Positions 24,450-37,640 of a stretch of DNA of 64,000 bases are shown here, one piece after another. The notes below the pieces were generated by a model. The model saw only the letters and a list, made by a program, of their open reading frames with translations, ran no database searches and was not told where the DNA came from. How positions within the stretch are numbered: the first letter of the stretch is position 1; each line of letters begins with the position of its first letter. This stretch comes from Octopus bimaculoides (Eukaryota), in assembly GCF_001194135.2 (NCBI RefSeq), contig NC_068987.1, positions 2,689,596 to 2,753,595 on the forward strand, in the 5' to 3' direction. The translations under genes were made by a program, and so were the position numbers.

Positions 24450-25058
24450 TAAGCACACTCACACGTGTGTATATATATATNNNNNNNNNNNNNNNNNNNN
24501 NNNNNNNNNNNNNNNNNNNNNNNNNNNNNNNNNNNNNNNNNNNNNNNNNNNNNNNNNNNNNNNNNNNNNNNNNNNNNNNNNNNNNNNNNNNNNNNNNNNN
24601 NNNNNNNNNNNNNNNNNNNNNNNNNNNNNNNNNNNNNNNNNNNNNNNNNNNNNNNNNNNNNNNNNNNNNNNNNNNNNNNNNNNNNNNNNNNNNNNNNNNN
24701 NNNNNNNNNNNNNNNNNNNNNNNNNNNNNNNNNNNNNNNNNNNNNNNNNNNNNNNNNNNNNNNNNNNNNNNNNNNNNNNNNNNNNNNNNNNNNNNNNNNN
24801 NNNNNNNNNNNNNNNNNNNNNAGGGTGGGGGTGGGTGAAGGAATGATACCTCAAAACAAAGTGTTTGGGGAATGGGTTGGGACGGGGTGGGAGTATCTTG
24901 ATTATTACACACACACACACACACAGATAATGATCCTTACACATATATCTCAGTTTATGCATATTAATGTATAGATACACACATTAAGCTAGATTAACGC
25001 GGCACGCACAAGTCTGTATATATGTATACACACACACACACACAACAGTAATAATTGT

Positions 25059-25265
25059 CCTTTCTACTATAGGCACAAGGCTTGAAATTTGCAGGGAGGG
25101 GGCCACTCGATTAGATCAACCTCAGTACGCAACTGGTACTTAATTTATTGACTCTGAACGGATAAAAGGCAAAGTCGACCTCAGTGGAATTTGAACTCAG
25201 AACGTAAAGGCATGCGAAATACTGCTAAGCACTTCGCCCGGCGTGCTAACATGTCTGCCAGCTCC
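25059..25265 (-). mobile_element. SINE family B, near full length
   Basis: Colinear with 6626-6839. Further copies at about 32043-32170 (minus), 40225-40420, 44850-44945 and 47130-47250. Confidence 0.88.
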
Positions 25266-25716
25266 CCCCACCTAATTGAAAGGAACTGAAAATTATTTCA
25301 GAATGATCCCTGGCTTACCATCCATGCAGGAAGTGCAAAAGATTGCACTGAGAAGGACATTGTTGCTCTGAATTTTCTTCCCTTCTTATAGTCTTTATTT
25401 TATTTGCTTATTTTGTATTTTTTTTCATTTTTCTCTGTCTTCCCCTTTTTGTCCATCACATGACTTTGTAAATGAACAATCTGGTGTGTTTATTCTAATG
25501 GCCTACCAATGTATACAGTACATTTCTCTGCCCTAGGTGTCAGGAAGACACTCAGCAAGAAATGGAAACAGAATTGAAAGTAGATGCTATTGATTATAAT
25601 GATAATGATAATAATTTTCTGTGACTCCTTCAAAATTTTGTTCATCTCAGGGTCTCTTTGCTCTTTGTGGGTCGTGATTTCCACAGAGCTCCCAATGGAT
25701 CATTCTTGCTACATTG

Positions 25717-25895
25717 TTGAACAAATCGATCCCAGGACTTATTCTTTGTAAGCCTGTTACTTATCCTATCAGTTCCTTTTGCCAAACTGCTAAGTTACAG
25801 GGACGTAAACACAGCACATCAGTTGTCAAGCGATAGTGTTGGGAGAGGGGAACAAATACAGACACAAAGACACATACATAAACATATACATATAC

Positions 25896-25931
<36 letters not shown>

Positions 25932-26094
25932 GATGGGCTTCTTTCAGTTTCCGTCTACCAAATCCACTCACAAGGCTTTGGTCGGCCTGAGGCTATAGTA
26001 GAAGACACCTGCCCAAGGTGCCACGCAGTAGGACTGAACCCAGAACCATAAGGTTGGGAAGCAAGCTTCTCACCACACAGCCACGCCTGCACCT
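25717..26094 (-). mobile_element. SINE family A, near full length, with internal (TA)n/(CA)n
   Basis: Head at 26094, an internal microsatellite at about 25870-25930, and the 3' body AATAAGTCCTGGGATCGATTTGTTC. Confidence 0.9.
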
Positions 26095-26144
26095 ATCATG
26101 ATGATATATATATATCATCACCATCGTTATCATTAGATATACAT

Positions 26145-26177
<33 letters not shown>

Positions 26178-26311
26178 CGTGTGTGTTCATAGCCACTGAC
26201 AAAATATACAGAATGTAGGTAAAAGCAGTAAGAAACTGTCCTGGTGCTCCAGCATGGCCAGACCGCACAATTATTTGTAACACACAAAGGAGGGCAGCGG
26301 CGTTATCAGGC

Positions 26312-26346
26312 TATAAAACATGTCGCTGTCCGTCTGTGACTCAGTC
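26312..26346 (+). promoter_or_regulatory. Candidate Pol II core promoter (TATA plus Inr)
   Basis: TATAAAA at 26312-26318 and TCAGTC at 26341-26346, placing the TATA T 31 nt upstream of the Inr A. No transcript evidence. Confidence 0.3.
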
Positions 26347-26414
26347 AATGTAACACAGAAATGTAACATCATGTTCGAACTTGCATCTCCAGCCGCTATC
26401 AGGAACAGCTCCCA

Positions 26415-26468
<54 letters not shown>

Positions 26469-26642
26469 TCACCGTTTTGTCTGAGGTGCGTGTGTGTGGT
26501 GGGGGGGAGCAGAGTAGATAAAACACTGAACAAAATTTGGAAAAACATGTGTGTGTGTGTCTGTGTATGTTTATACTGGTGTGTGTGTGCATGTACTAAT
26601 GTATGTTTATATATATAAGCATATATGTATGTGAATGTATAG

Positions 26643-26682
<40 letters not shown>

Positions 26683-27164
26683 ATGCATTTTTATATTTGT
26701 GTGTGTGTATATGCATGTGTGAATTAGCATAAGAGAGGAGGAGGAGGAGGCATAAGAGGAGGTGATAATCTGTGGAAGATGGAGTCACCCTCTCTCCCAC
26801 ATCACCCCCACCTGTAAATTTGAAGATGTTTCTCTGTGAAAGTCAACAGATGTCATTTTGGATAACAAGTTAACATGGTAACAGACCACCACCACCTCCA
26901 CAACTACTTCCACCACCACTACCATCACCCCTACCCAGTCATTTGGTTTGCTAGAAATGACAGGCAAATCTCTCTGAAATCATACCTTACTGTCTTACAA
27001 AAGGAAGGACACGTTAGATAATGTAATCCTAGATATACTGTGTCTGAATAAAAGACAAGTGATGATCGGAATATCTTTGATCAGAGGTTTGGTCAACGAG
27101 AGTTGACCTGTGGCTAAACATCAACAAGTTTCTTTCTTAATGAAGAATATCAAAACGAAACAGA

Positions 27165-27202
<38 letters not shown>

Positions 27203-27554
27203 TGTGTGTGTGTGTCTGTGTGTGTGTGTGGTCAAGAATTTTGCTTCCCAGCCATAAGGTTTTGGGTTCAATCAGATGACACCTTTGCACCACTCCGGCA
27301 ACAACCCACCAACCCATGGGCCTGATTTGGTGATGGGTTTATGTAGTTAGAGTGCAAACTCTCCCTCAACTTCTTTTGGTTGCTTCTTACGACATGCAGA
27401 GGAAACGGTGGATTTATTCTTTGAGATACCAGGCCCCACACAGCACAGAACAAGGTTGATCACACACACACACACACGTTACATCATTGTTTAAGGTAGA
27501 AATTAATAAAAAGAATAAGTTTTAGTTTTCATATATATATATATATATATATAT

Positions 27555-28050
27555 ATCATCATCGTCATCGTTTAACGGCCGTTTTCCATGCTGGCATGGG
27601 TTGGACAGTTCAACTGGGGTCTGGGAAGCCAGGAGGCTGCACCAGGCTCCGGTCTGATCTGGCAGTGTTTCTACAACTTGATACCCTTCCAAACACCAAC
27701 CACTCTGAAAGTGTAGTGGGTGCTTTTTTACGTGCCACCGGCTCAGGGGCCAGAGTGGGGTGGCATCAACCACGATCGGATGGTGCTTTTTACGTGCCAC
27801 CAGCATGGAAGCCAGTCATGGCAGTGCTGGCATCGGCCACGTTCGGATGGTGCTTTTTACATGCCACTGGTATAGATTACAGCTGTGGACTCACTTTATT
27901 TGCCGGGTCTTCTCAGTCATAGCATATCTCCAGTGGTCTCAGTCTTTTGTCTTGCCTCTGTGAGGCCCAACGTTCAAAGGTTGTGCTTCACCACCTCATC
28001 CTATGTCTTCCTGGGTCTACCTCTACCCCGGATTCCTTCCACTGCTTGGG
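27555..28050 (-). mobile_element. RTE-clade LINE 3' end: ORF C-terminus, 3' UTR and (GAT)n tail
   Basis: Minus strand reads QAVEGIRGRGRPRKT*DEVVKHNL*TLGL, runs directly into the family E sequence, and ends GTTAAACGATGACGATGATG. Confidence 0.9.
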
Positions 28051-29268
28051 ATATATGTATATATATATATATATTTATATGTATGTATGTATGTATATGG
28101 CTAGCATTGTCAATAATTTTAATGACCATAACGGGAACATATTCTTAAAACAGATGATGATGAAGCTAAGACTTTGAAGACTTCCAGAGAAATCTGGAAG
28201 GTAATTTGAAAATATAAAATATGTGGTTATCATCATCATCATCAACATCATCATTGTGATTGGTGAAATGATGACTTGCAGGACAAGGGGTATGAAACAC
28301 AAAGAATATCTTTAGTCACAGAAGAGTCTATCCGAAAACAGGGACAAGCAACAAAGCACAACACTGCACTTATGAACAATAATGTTAATTAATGTGTCCT
28401 TCCATTTTTCAGATAGAAAGATTGTGATTTGAGGGAGATTTGACTACTATTTCTTGAAGGTTGAGAGACCAAATATAGACTCATTGAGAATGGTGGTGGT
28501 TATTTCATTTCTGTGAAAGAAGCAGATAAAACCAGATAAGGTAAGTAGACCATACCATTGTTACAAAGGAGAGACACTCGAGATGGTTAAATATAAGAAA
28601 AACTAGTCTTTTTAGTTTGGTTTCCAGGTTTTTTGTTAATCTTTGCTGAAAATTCTAACTAAATTTAGAAGCGTGAAATAACTTCAACATGTGAGTCGAG
28701 AAAGAAACCACACAAGTTTCTGAACAAACAGAGTTATTTGAACTAGTGTTGAAGTTACGGCCAACTTTGGTAGACACACACACACACACACACTGTGACA
28801 TTTGAAAATTAGCATGAAAGACGGAGAATGAACGGTTTTTTCAGAGAATGAGTTGTGCGTGCTTCGAAAATGTGGATTAGATATGAAGTAATAAAAGTGG
28901 AGAAAATGTCAAGTTGAGTTTTGTTGATGGAAGGTGGAAGACATATGCAAATGAGAGAAGAGACATGCAAAGCCAACTCGAACAGACGCCAACGTTTCAA
29001 GTCTGACATTTCATCCACGATAGCTGCACTCTCTAATATAAACTATTCACTGAATTAAGGATAAAAACTAACATAAAAGAAAACTCAGTGAAAATTACAA
29101 TAAAAAAAATACGACGAACAACTTTAGAAAAAGTCTGCATAAAAAGTTCTGGCAGAGTTTTGTGCTAGATTTGGTAAATAGTCTTCTTTTGATAGATAAT
29201 ACCAAAGACACAGTCTTAGATTGTTTAGAATTAATGCTTATTCTAATCTAATTCTCAAATATATTGGT

Positions 29269-29305
<37 letters not shown>

Positions 29306-29361
29306 GTATTTATGGAGAGAGAGAGAGAGAGAGCTAGACACATACACATAGATGTATGTAG

Positions 29362-29392
<31 letters not shown>

Positions 29393-29479
29393 GATAGAGA
29401 GAGAGAGAGATGTAATTATATACAGTATCAAATTTTGGCAAAGCAATTTTTTTTGTAGGGGAGTTAAGTCGATTAACAT

Positions 29480-29538
<59 letters not shown>

Positions 29539-29636
29539 NNNNNNNNNNATTTTGGTTTGTAGATACATTACCCATATAAATAAGGAAAGATGCAGTACAA
29601 TTAAAATACACCAAACACACACACACATGCGTACGT

Positions 29637-29709
<73 letters not shown>

Positions 29710-29989
29710 ATGGATCCTTTATTGTTTACGGCAATAGTAATTCAGTTGTTTGATCGACTGAACTGTCTACTCTTTAACATATAAGTGGCTGAATACTCCA
29801 CAGACAAATGTATCATTAACATAATTCTCAGGAGAAAAGGGCATGGCCAAGTGACAAGGCCAGGCCCTTGACTTACAGGTGTAACCCCTTCCAACACCCT
29901 TAGACAGTTTACGTCCACCCCCTTTCATTCAGTAAGGCTTACACTGATCCTTAGCTATGGTAGAAGTCCCTTATCAAAGATGGTGGAGG

Positions 29990-30180
29990 TGCATGGTTCA
30001 GTGATTAGGCTGTTGGACTCCTCCTGATCCAGTGATTGTGGTTTCAATCACTGGACTGGGCAATGCATTGTGTTCTTCAGCCAAACATTTTATTTCCACG
30101 TTGTTCCCGTCCACACAGCTGGCAACAGGGAGTAATCTTGCGAGAGACTGACAAACCCCATCCAAGCAGGGGTGCCCCAA
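29990..30180 (+). mobile_element. tRNA-headed SINE with V-domain-like segment, decayed
   Basis: Head TGGTTCAGTGATTAGG...GGTTTCAATC, and TCTTGCGAGAGACTGACAAACCCCATCCAAG, resembling the copies at 62243 and 63495. Confidence 0.6.
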
Positions 30181-33100
30181 AAATCAGGAAACCAGCACAA
30201 CAAGATTATGCGACACAGGAAGGATCTTTATCCTTTTATATCCTAGCTTATCCAAGATACCATCCAGTGGAATTGATCCTGGGACATGGATTGTAAAACT
30301 AGCTCATTTACCATTTGGCCAAGGCGACAACCAGACTGGCGTCATTATTATATTTTGCTAAAACCAGTCGATGAGGTGTAGGAGGAGTTGTGTAATAATG
30401 AAAGTGTTATGTCAAAGCACAACAGCAACTCATTTACTGTCAACCTTGTTTTTTTTCTTGTTGCCTTGTTTGCCATGAAATGGGACAGGCTTAGAATGTT
30501 TGTTATTGGTGTGGTTGGAATTGGTTAAGCAGCCAGTGAGATCAGAGATGCTGTGTTCTGTAGACGATGTAAATCTGTTTTCAACATGTCAAGGTGACAA
30601 CATGGTGCGATCAAGCAGGACTTTCCAGTCATTAAAGGGTTACAATTTCTCAGAAGAAAAGGGGGAGGGCATGGCAAAAACATACCAACAAGAACAACAG
30701 CGAGTGTCAATTATCATTACTTGAATGGCCACAAGAAAGTTGTATGTAAATCTTAATGGAAAATATTGCATGAAATAAAATGTAAGACAGACAAAAGATG
30801 AAAAAGAGGTTTGGAGAGGCAGGTGTGTGGGGGGAGAATTGTTGGTTAGATAAGGATTAGGGTTAGAAGTTCTGCTCCTCTGATTTGGAATGTTGCTGTT
30901 ACAAGAAGGGCAAGAAGAAGATATGCAGTCAATGAAAAGCTATCAATCTTCTGCTACGACATTTGCAATTTGTAGGAGAGAAAAATTGTGCCTTTTCCAT
31001 GAGGAACAATTTTTGGGGTTGGAGACATACAAGAAAAACCAAAACAACTACAACAAAAATATATATATATATATATATATAAAAAGAAAAGAAATCAATG
31101 AAATGAAGAAATAAAGAAGAGAAAGAACAAGAAAAGGTGACAGAAAATAAATTAGAAAGAGAGAAAAGATGAAGTAGTCAAGGTTTTTGTTGTTAATCTG
31201 GTTAGATTTTAGGGAGACAAATGAGAGGTAAGGGAGAAAAAAAAAGACGAAAATGACAAAATAAAACAAAAAGAAATGAGATGAATAAAGAATGACAAGA
31301 TAAGGGGAGGAGGGAGAATGGGGGGGTATAAAAGGGCTGAAGATTGATGAAGAATGGAAAGAGACGGACAGGGGGTGTTGGGGAGAGAAGAAGAAAGTCG
31401 GAGAAAAGATGAGAAAAATGTAAATATTAAGAAGAAGAAGAGTTGAAAGGTAGAAAAATAGCAACAACAACAACAAAAGGAGGCGGAAGATTGTTGGAAA
31501 TGTTAAAAAGACAAAAACTGTTGAGTATTTATGTCGATGTTAGCAGTGGAATGTTCTGGTTACTATTTAGTAGAACAATATTCTATAAAAGAGATAATCA
31601 GAAAAGACAAAGCAATGAGGAATTGTAGAACAAGCGAGATGACAGTGGCGGTGATGGTGGTGGTGGAATGAGGAGGAGGAGGTGGGGAGAAATAACGGCA
31701 CCAGAGAACATGTGTAGATGTAACTGCTAAGAAACTGTCCTGTATTTTCAGATGATTGATGTAAGAATTACATTGAGAAAACAACTTAATTAAGAGGAGA
31801 TCAATGGGAATTAGGAAAACTGAAGTGAGATAATAAAAGGGGGACAGGTAAATGAGGTCACCAAGTGCAGTTTCACCTTAGGTGAGATAGCGTACTTAGT
31901 GCTGGGTGTTAGTCAGTCTGTGACCCAATGGATGCAGTTGTTGGTCGGTCAGGAATCTAGTATTTACTGTCAGTCACTGGATGAACCAGTGTTGCATTGG
32001 TCAGTCTGTGGCCATTCTTTTCTGATTAAATAATAATAATAATCCCTTCTACTAATAGGCATATGGCCTGAAAGTCTGTGGGGGAGGGGTTATTCAATTA
32101 CATCAGCCTCAATACTCAGCTGATATTAGTTCTATTGACCTCCAAAAGGATGGGAGCCAAACCTGAAGAGACAAGCAATCACATTCTTGTCTTGTCTCTG
32201 AATGGAACAGAACAAAGAAAGCGAAGAACTCCTGTCTGTGTGTCTGCAGAAATATCTAACTTTCTTCCAGTTTGACTGAGAATTAAAACTGGACAAAGCC
32301 ATACAAGAAATATACGGAGGATACAAAAACATGAAATGGTGGAAGTGAATTTCCAGATGAACAGGTCACTACACGACCGATCAATAAGAAAGCACCTCCT
32401 TGCCAGGGACTAGCATCCTATCCTGAGAGAGATTTTTATTTTACTCCATGAAACACATGTCTGGCAAGAGGCTTTGTAGTGCTTAAGCAGCCTTTAGAGT
32501 GCATTGACAGAACTCAATCAGTATTTGGAAAGAATTCAGGGAAATAATGTGGAAGTCAAAGTTGTAATTTATTAAGAAATACTTGAAAAATGATTTTGAG
32601 TTAATTATTAATCTGGGATGATATTTAGTGTTGATGTAGAGATCCTAAAACCAACGTGCCAGATAAAAAGCATTCAGTGTATTATGGAGCAGTTGGTGTT
32701 AGGAAGGGCATCCAGTCGTAGAAACCAAGCCAAAACTGTCTGCAGAGACTGGTGCTGTCCCTGGTCTTACCAGTTCCTGTCAAGCTGTCTAAGCATGCGA
32801 AACGGATGTCAAATGATGATGATGACGATGATGATGTTGCCGACTGCCACAGCCTCTCTCTTTCCTTCTCTCTCTCTCTCTCGTTTTAATATCAAACAAA
32901 ACTCAGACAACCAGACCACCAAAGAATCAATTATTGTTTCTTCAAAAGGCAGATGGCTACAACCAATTGATGTTGTAAATGGGGGCTGCTTGAATTTCAG
33001 CAGATATGGGGCAAATATTTAAAAGATCGGCCATTTGGGAAGAATCAATTGGACAGCAAGGAAGAATTAATTGAAATATTCCACCAGGAAGTAAACTTTT

Positions 33101-34724
33101 AGTGATATAGTGATAAACCAATATTATAAGGTTCCAGTGACGTAATCAAAGAACAACCAACAGACATTTCACATCATCTTCAAAACTATTCACAGAACAT
33201 AGAATACCCTTGAATTAAAGGGTCTCCGTTGCTTTGATCCTTAAACTCAACCCCTTATTCTTTTCACCTTAACACAAATAAAATTAGATTTTCTTTTGGA
33301 GTTCTGCAAACATCTGTGCATAACAGATGCACAGATGCCCAGCAGTGAAACCGAATTGTTAGGGGACTCCACTGTTATAGGAGTCCCCCACCCATCATCT
33401 CTCTCTCTCTCTCTACCCAGGTCTTTCTTTTATTTCCCTTTCTAATATTATCTGCCTACATAAATATATACTTTAATGTTACCCAATCCTGAAAAAGAAA
33501 AAACCTGCCTGAAAACACAATAAAGGGACCAAAGGGGGTGGAGGTAGGGAGGTGATTTGAAGGAGGTGAGAAATTACTTGAAATGTTAGTTTATCTCTCT
33601 CTATTAAATAGTACCAGCAGTGCCTCCCTGTAGCATCTCTCTCTCTCTCTCTCTCGTGAAGACACTTGCCCAAGATACTGTGCAGCAGGCCCGAACCTGC
33701 GACCATGTGGTTGGGAAACAAGTTTCTCAACCACACAGACACATCTGCATCTATTTGCTGACAAATATTTCCTCATTTCCCTGTCAATATTTTGAAGAAC
33801 TGGTCAAATATTTTTGTTCTGTTACTGTGGGAGAAGAACAAGAAGAGGCAAATGGAGGTGGGCAGGTGTGGATTGCTGTGATTTAGGAATACATTTCTGA
33901 TAGATTCCTAACTCTCTACACAGAGATGAACCAAATCCGACCATTACGTCTCACCTCTGTCTGCCGTGACTCACTCTATAAGGAAATGATAGGCCAGCGC
34001 TTCCGCACTTGAACAAGGTTATTTATCGGAGAAATGACACAACAACAGTATTAGATGTTATGGTGAAGGTCGATTTATATCAGTAACACTGTTTGTATGT
34101 ATGACAGCAGGATGTAAAAAGTCCTCGGTTAATTGCACTGATATAACAAGTCTAATTTGTTTCCTCAATTTATATTGAATATTGACGATGACAATGACGA
34201 CGATGAAAACGACATTAAAGATAAAAGATCAGACAGCATTGCTGGTCCTGGTGTTCGATGGTGGACGGTGGCAATAATATTGCAGTAACTCAACAACTGT
34301 TAAAACTCTGAGTTATGTCAGCAAAATGATGTGGGATGTTTTAGACCTGATCTATGAGACCCTACGATCACAGGCAATCCAGCCATGATCATCATGTTTC
34401 AGACTAAATGAAATAAGATAACCTCTTTATTTAAGACAGTGACCAGCAGTGTGGATGAGTGGTCTGGGGAAAGAGTTCAACATGTCCAGACTGTAAAAGT
34501 GAAGCACAAATGATTCACTTTGGTATATCACAATGGTTATTAAACAAAAGACACAACTGACCAATTTGCTATATCAGAACTGACCAGTGGCTACACCACT
34601 ACCACAACAACATTCCTGCTGACACCTAAATTTTGTTAATATGAAAGTTTTGGAGTTAAAAATCTGACAAAATTGGGAGAAAAAAAATGAGTAAAATATG
34701 GGTGAATATTTGTGTGGCTGGTGA

Positions 34725-34792
34725 AAGAGGAAGTGAGTGTGGAAGTGGGAGTCAGTATGTGGAAAGGTGAGAGTCAGTGTGGAAGTTTTAGA

Positions 34793-34837
<45 letters not shown>

Positions 34838-35275
34838 NNNNNNNNNNNNNNNNNNNNNNNNNNNNNNNNNNNNNNNNNNNNNNNNNNNNNNNNNNNNNNN
34901 NNNNNNNNNNNNNNNNNNNNNNNNNNNNNNNNNNNNNNNNNNNNNNNNNNNNNNNNNNNNNNNNNNNNNNNNNNNNNNNNNNNNNNNNNNNNNNNNNNNN
35001 NNNNNNNNNNNNNNNNNNNNNNNNNNNNNNNNNNNNNNNNNNNNNNNNNNNNNNNNNNNNNNNNNNNNNNNNNNNNNNNNNNNNNNNTGTGCACGTTTGT
35101 GTGCATGTATGTGTGTGAAAGCGTTAGTGTGTGTGTGTGTGTGGAAACAGTAGAGTTGGTGTGGAAACAGAGTCAGTGTGAAAGAAGTGTTGGAAGTTAG
35201 AGTGGGTGTGGAAGTGCAGGAGAGAGTGTGGAAGCTTTGGATGCAGTGTGGAAGTGTTGCAGTTGTATTGGATGA
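34725..35275. repeat. Degenerate GTGTGGAAG-core minisatellite spanning a gap
   Basis: GTGTGGAAGT / GTGTGGAAAC recur at roughly 18-20-nt spacing on both sides of the gap. Confidence 0.65.
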
Positions 35276-36187
35276 AGTTGTGATGAGTAGGACTTGAAAC
35301 CGTTGAGTGATACTTTCTGATGGTGAGGAGAAAACACAGCCGAGTGTGTGTGTGTGTGTGTGTGTGAATGTGGGTCAACATCTAAACAAATACAGACAGA
35401 TAGGTAGACAGAGGGTAAAGGGCAAGTATCCATCTACCTATCACTGGAGCTGGGGTGGTGGAGGTGGGCAGGAGAGAGAGAGAGAGAGAGAAGATATAGG
35501 TGTGGGGACAATTATTGAGGTGAAGTAAATTTTTGTGTGACTATGTAATGTTGGGGTGGTGAGAGTGAAGGAGGGGTGGAGGTGTGGTGATGGGTGGTGG
35601 GTAGTGACGGTGATGAAGGGACTGGGGTGGTGGGGGTGGGATATGAAATGGCTTGTTTGTCAGTTGAGAGAGGTGGGGAGAGAGAGAGAGAGAGACATGT
35701 AAAGAGAGTGGGAGGGGGAAGAGAGAGGAGAAGAGAGAGGGTGGGCGGGAGAGGGAAAGAAAACAAAGAAAAACAAGGAAAAGGGAGAAAAAGAAAAGAT
35801 AAGTGAAAAAGTAGAGAGGGAGAGAAAATGAGAGAGAGAGAGAGAGAAAGAGGAGGGTGAGTGAAAATGTGTGAAGAGGCAGACAAAGCCTGCTGAGTGA
35901 GGAGGAGGAGATGGTGGGATTAATTAACAGACTTATTGGAGTTATTATTGCAGCAGCAGCAGCAGTTAATTAGTGCAGTAGACATGTGTTAATTGGCAGC
36001 AGATGTATTTCTGTGAATGTCCTAGTCTTCTTGTTAAGCTGAGACACACAGACACAGTGAAATACCAGGAAGTGTCTCAGAACTATTTGCTTACACTCAG
36101 CCATGCCTCCACCACCACCACCACCACCTCCACCGATCTGGAGCTGAGCACTGTTCCACCCCTTTCTCACTCCCTCCCTCACTCCTT

Positions 36188-36233
<46 letters not shown>

Positions 36234-37399
36234 GTTAATAAATTTGACGTTTCACTTCCTCAATTTTTGATTCCCCCAGTGAGTTTTTTGCCAAACCTTG
36301 AATAACCTTTACAAACACACACACACAGATACATACAGATCACACACACACAGATCACACACACACAGATCACACACTGATCACACCCACAGAACCCACC
36401 CTGGATGCACCCCACCCAGTTCTGCTAAAACAACCCCTAACAACAAAAGTACAGGGTGTATAAAACTGTTGCAGTGTATATATAAAACAGATAAACAGAG
36501 TCACAGCTGTGCAGTTAAGATCTTTGATTCCCAACTGCATGGTTCTGGGTTTCAATCCTAATATGTGGCACCTTGGGTAGGTTTCATCAACCCCTACGTT
36601 GAGCTGACAACACCTGGAGAGTGAAAATGGAGCAGGAATATACAACACCATCATCATCATCATCACGTGTATGTGTGTGTACACCAAGCAAAGGTATGGC
36701 TGTGTGGTAAGAAATTTGCTTCTCAACCATGAAGTTTTGGAACCTTGTGTGTGTGTGTGTGTCTCAACATCATGTTATAGTTGTAAATGAGTGTCACCAT
36801 CATACATGTGGGGTTGTTTGTTTCCAGTCTTGTGTGTGAACAACATGTCTNNNNNNNNNNNNNNNNNNNNNNNNNNNNNNNNNNNNNNNNNNNNNNNNNN
36901 NNNNNNNNNNNNNNNNNNNNNNNNNNNNNNNNNNNNNNNNNNNNNNNNNNNNNNNNNNNNNNNNNNNNNNNNNNNNNNNNNNNNNNNNNNNNNNNNNNAC
37001 GGCTTGCTTAGAAAGAGCTGAGGGTTGGTAGCAGGAAGAGCACCCAACTGTGGAAAATCTGCCTCAATGAATTCCATCTGACACATGTTAGCGTAGCAAA
37101 GTGAATGTTAAAACAATGACGATGACAATGATGATGACGGTGGTGGTGGTGGTGGTGGTGGTGGTGGTGGTACCTTGACTATTCATCTAATCTCTGACGA
37201 TAATTTGCTGACAATTAATCACCAAGATAAAAATCTGGAAATACTTCAATGTAGCGCAGCAGTTAATCCTCCTTAATATGCAAACACTCCCTAATCATTA
37301 AACTAAAGTGCTACTCACATATTTAGAACCGTGTTCATGAGGCAACCTCCTAAACTGAAAAAAAGCTAACTCACTGATAAAGACTCCTTCACCAACACA

Positions 37400-37640
37400 A
37401 TACAAATCTCACGCTACAGATATGCTGTGTCTCTCCTCCTCTAAGTCTCTTCTACCACTACTACATTAGCATCTGTTCCACAAAGATAAACTAGAAATAC
37501 TCGTCTTCCTGATCTCCTCTTCTAGTCCCACAAAATGAACTCCACAATACACTCTTCACTGAACTGTTTTGTCCCCTGCAACTGAAATCCTGTTGCAAAT
37601 CCTTCCCTCCCACATCATGGCAATGGTGTTTATCTCTGGT
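37400..37640 (+). mobile_element. Decayed 3' end of an L2/CR1/Jockey-group LINE
   Basis: Remnants resembling SLFYHYY and NCFVP...SLPSHI, typical of the terminal region of these RTs. Confidence 0.45.

Noticed and set aside
28982-29018. Fifth hammerhead-like motif (minus: GGATGA...GAAACGTTGGCGTC)
   Set aside because: The CTGANGA core is broken, and stems I and II are not convincing.
31740-31770. 9-nt microexon candidate (TTTTCAG|ATGATTGAT|GTAAGA)
   Set aside because: The pyrimidine tract is short, and the pattern is expected by chance at this AT content.
32890-33110. Possible Tc1 transposase relic (IWGKYLKDR...SKEEL)
   Set aside because: The similarity is too weak to call without a search, with no catalytic motif or TIR seen.
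33362-33388. 9-bp GC-rich hairpin as a Helitron end or terminator
   Set aside because: No CTRR terminus or U-tract follows, and intrinsic terminators are not relevant here.
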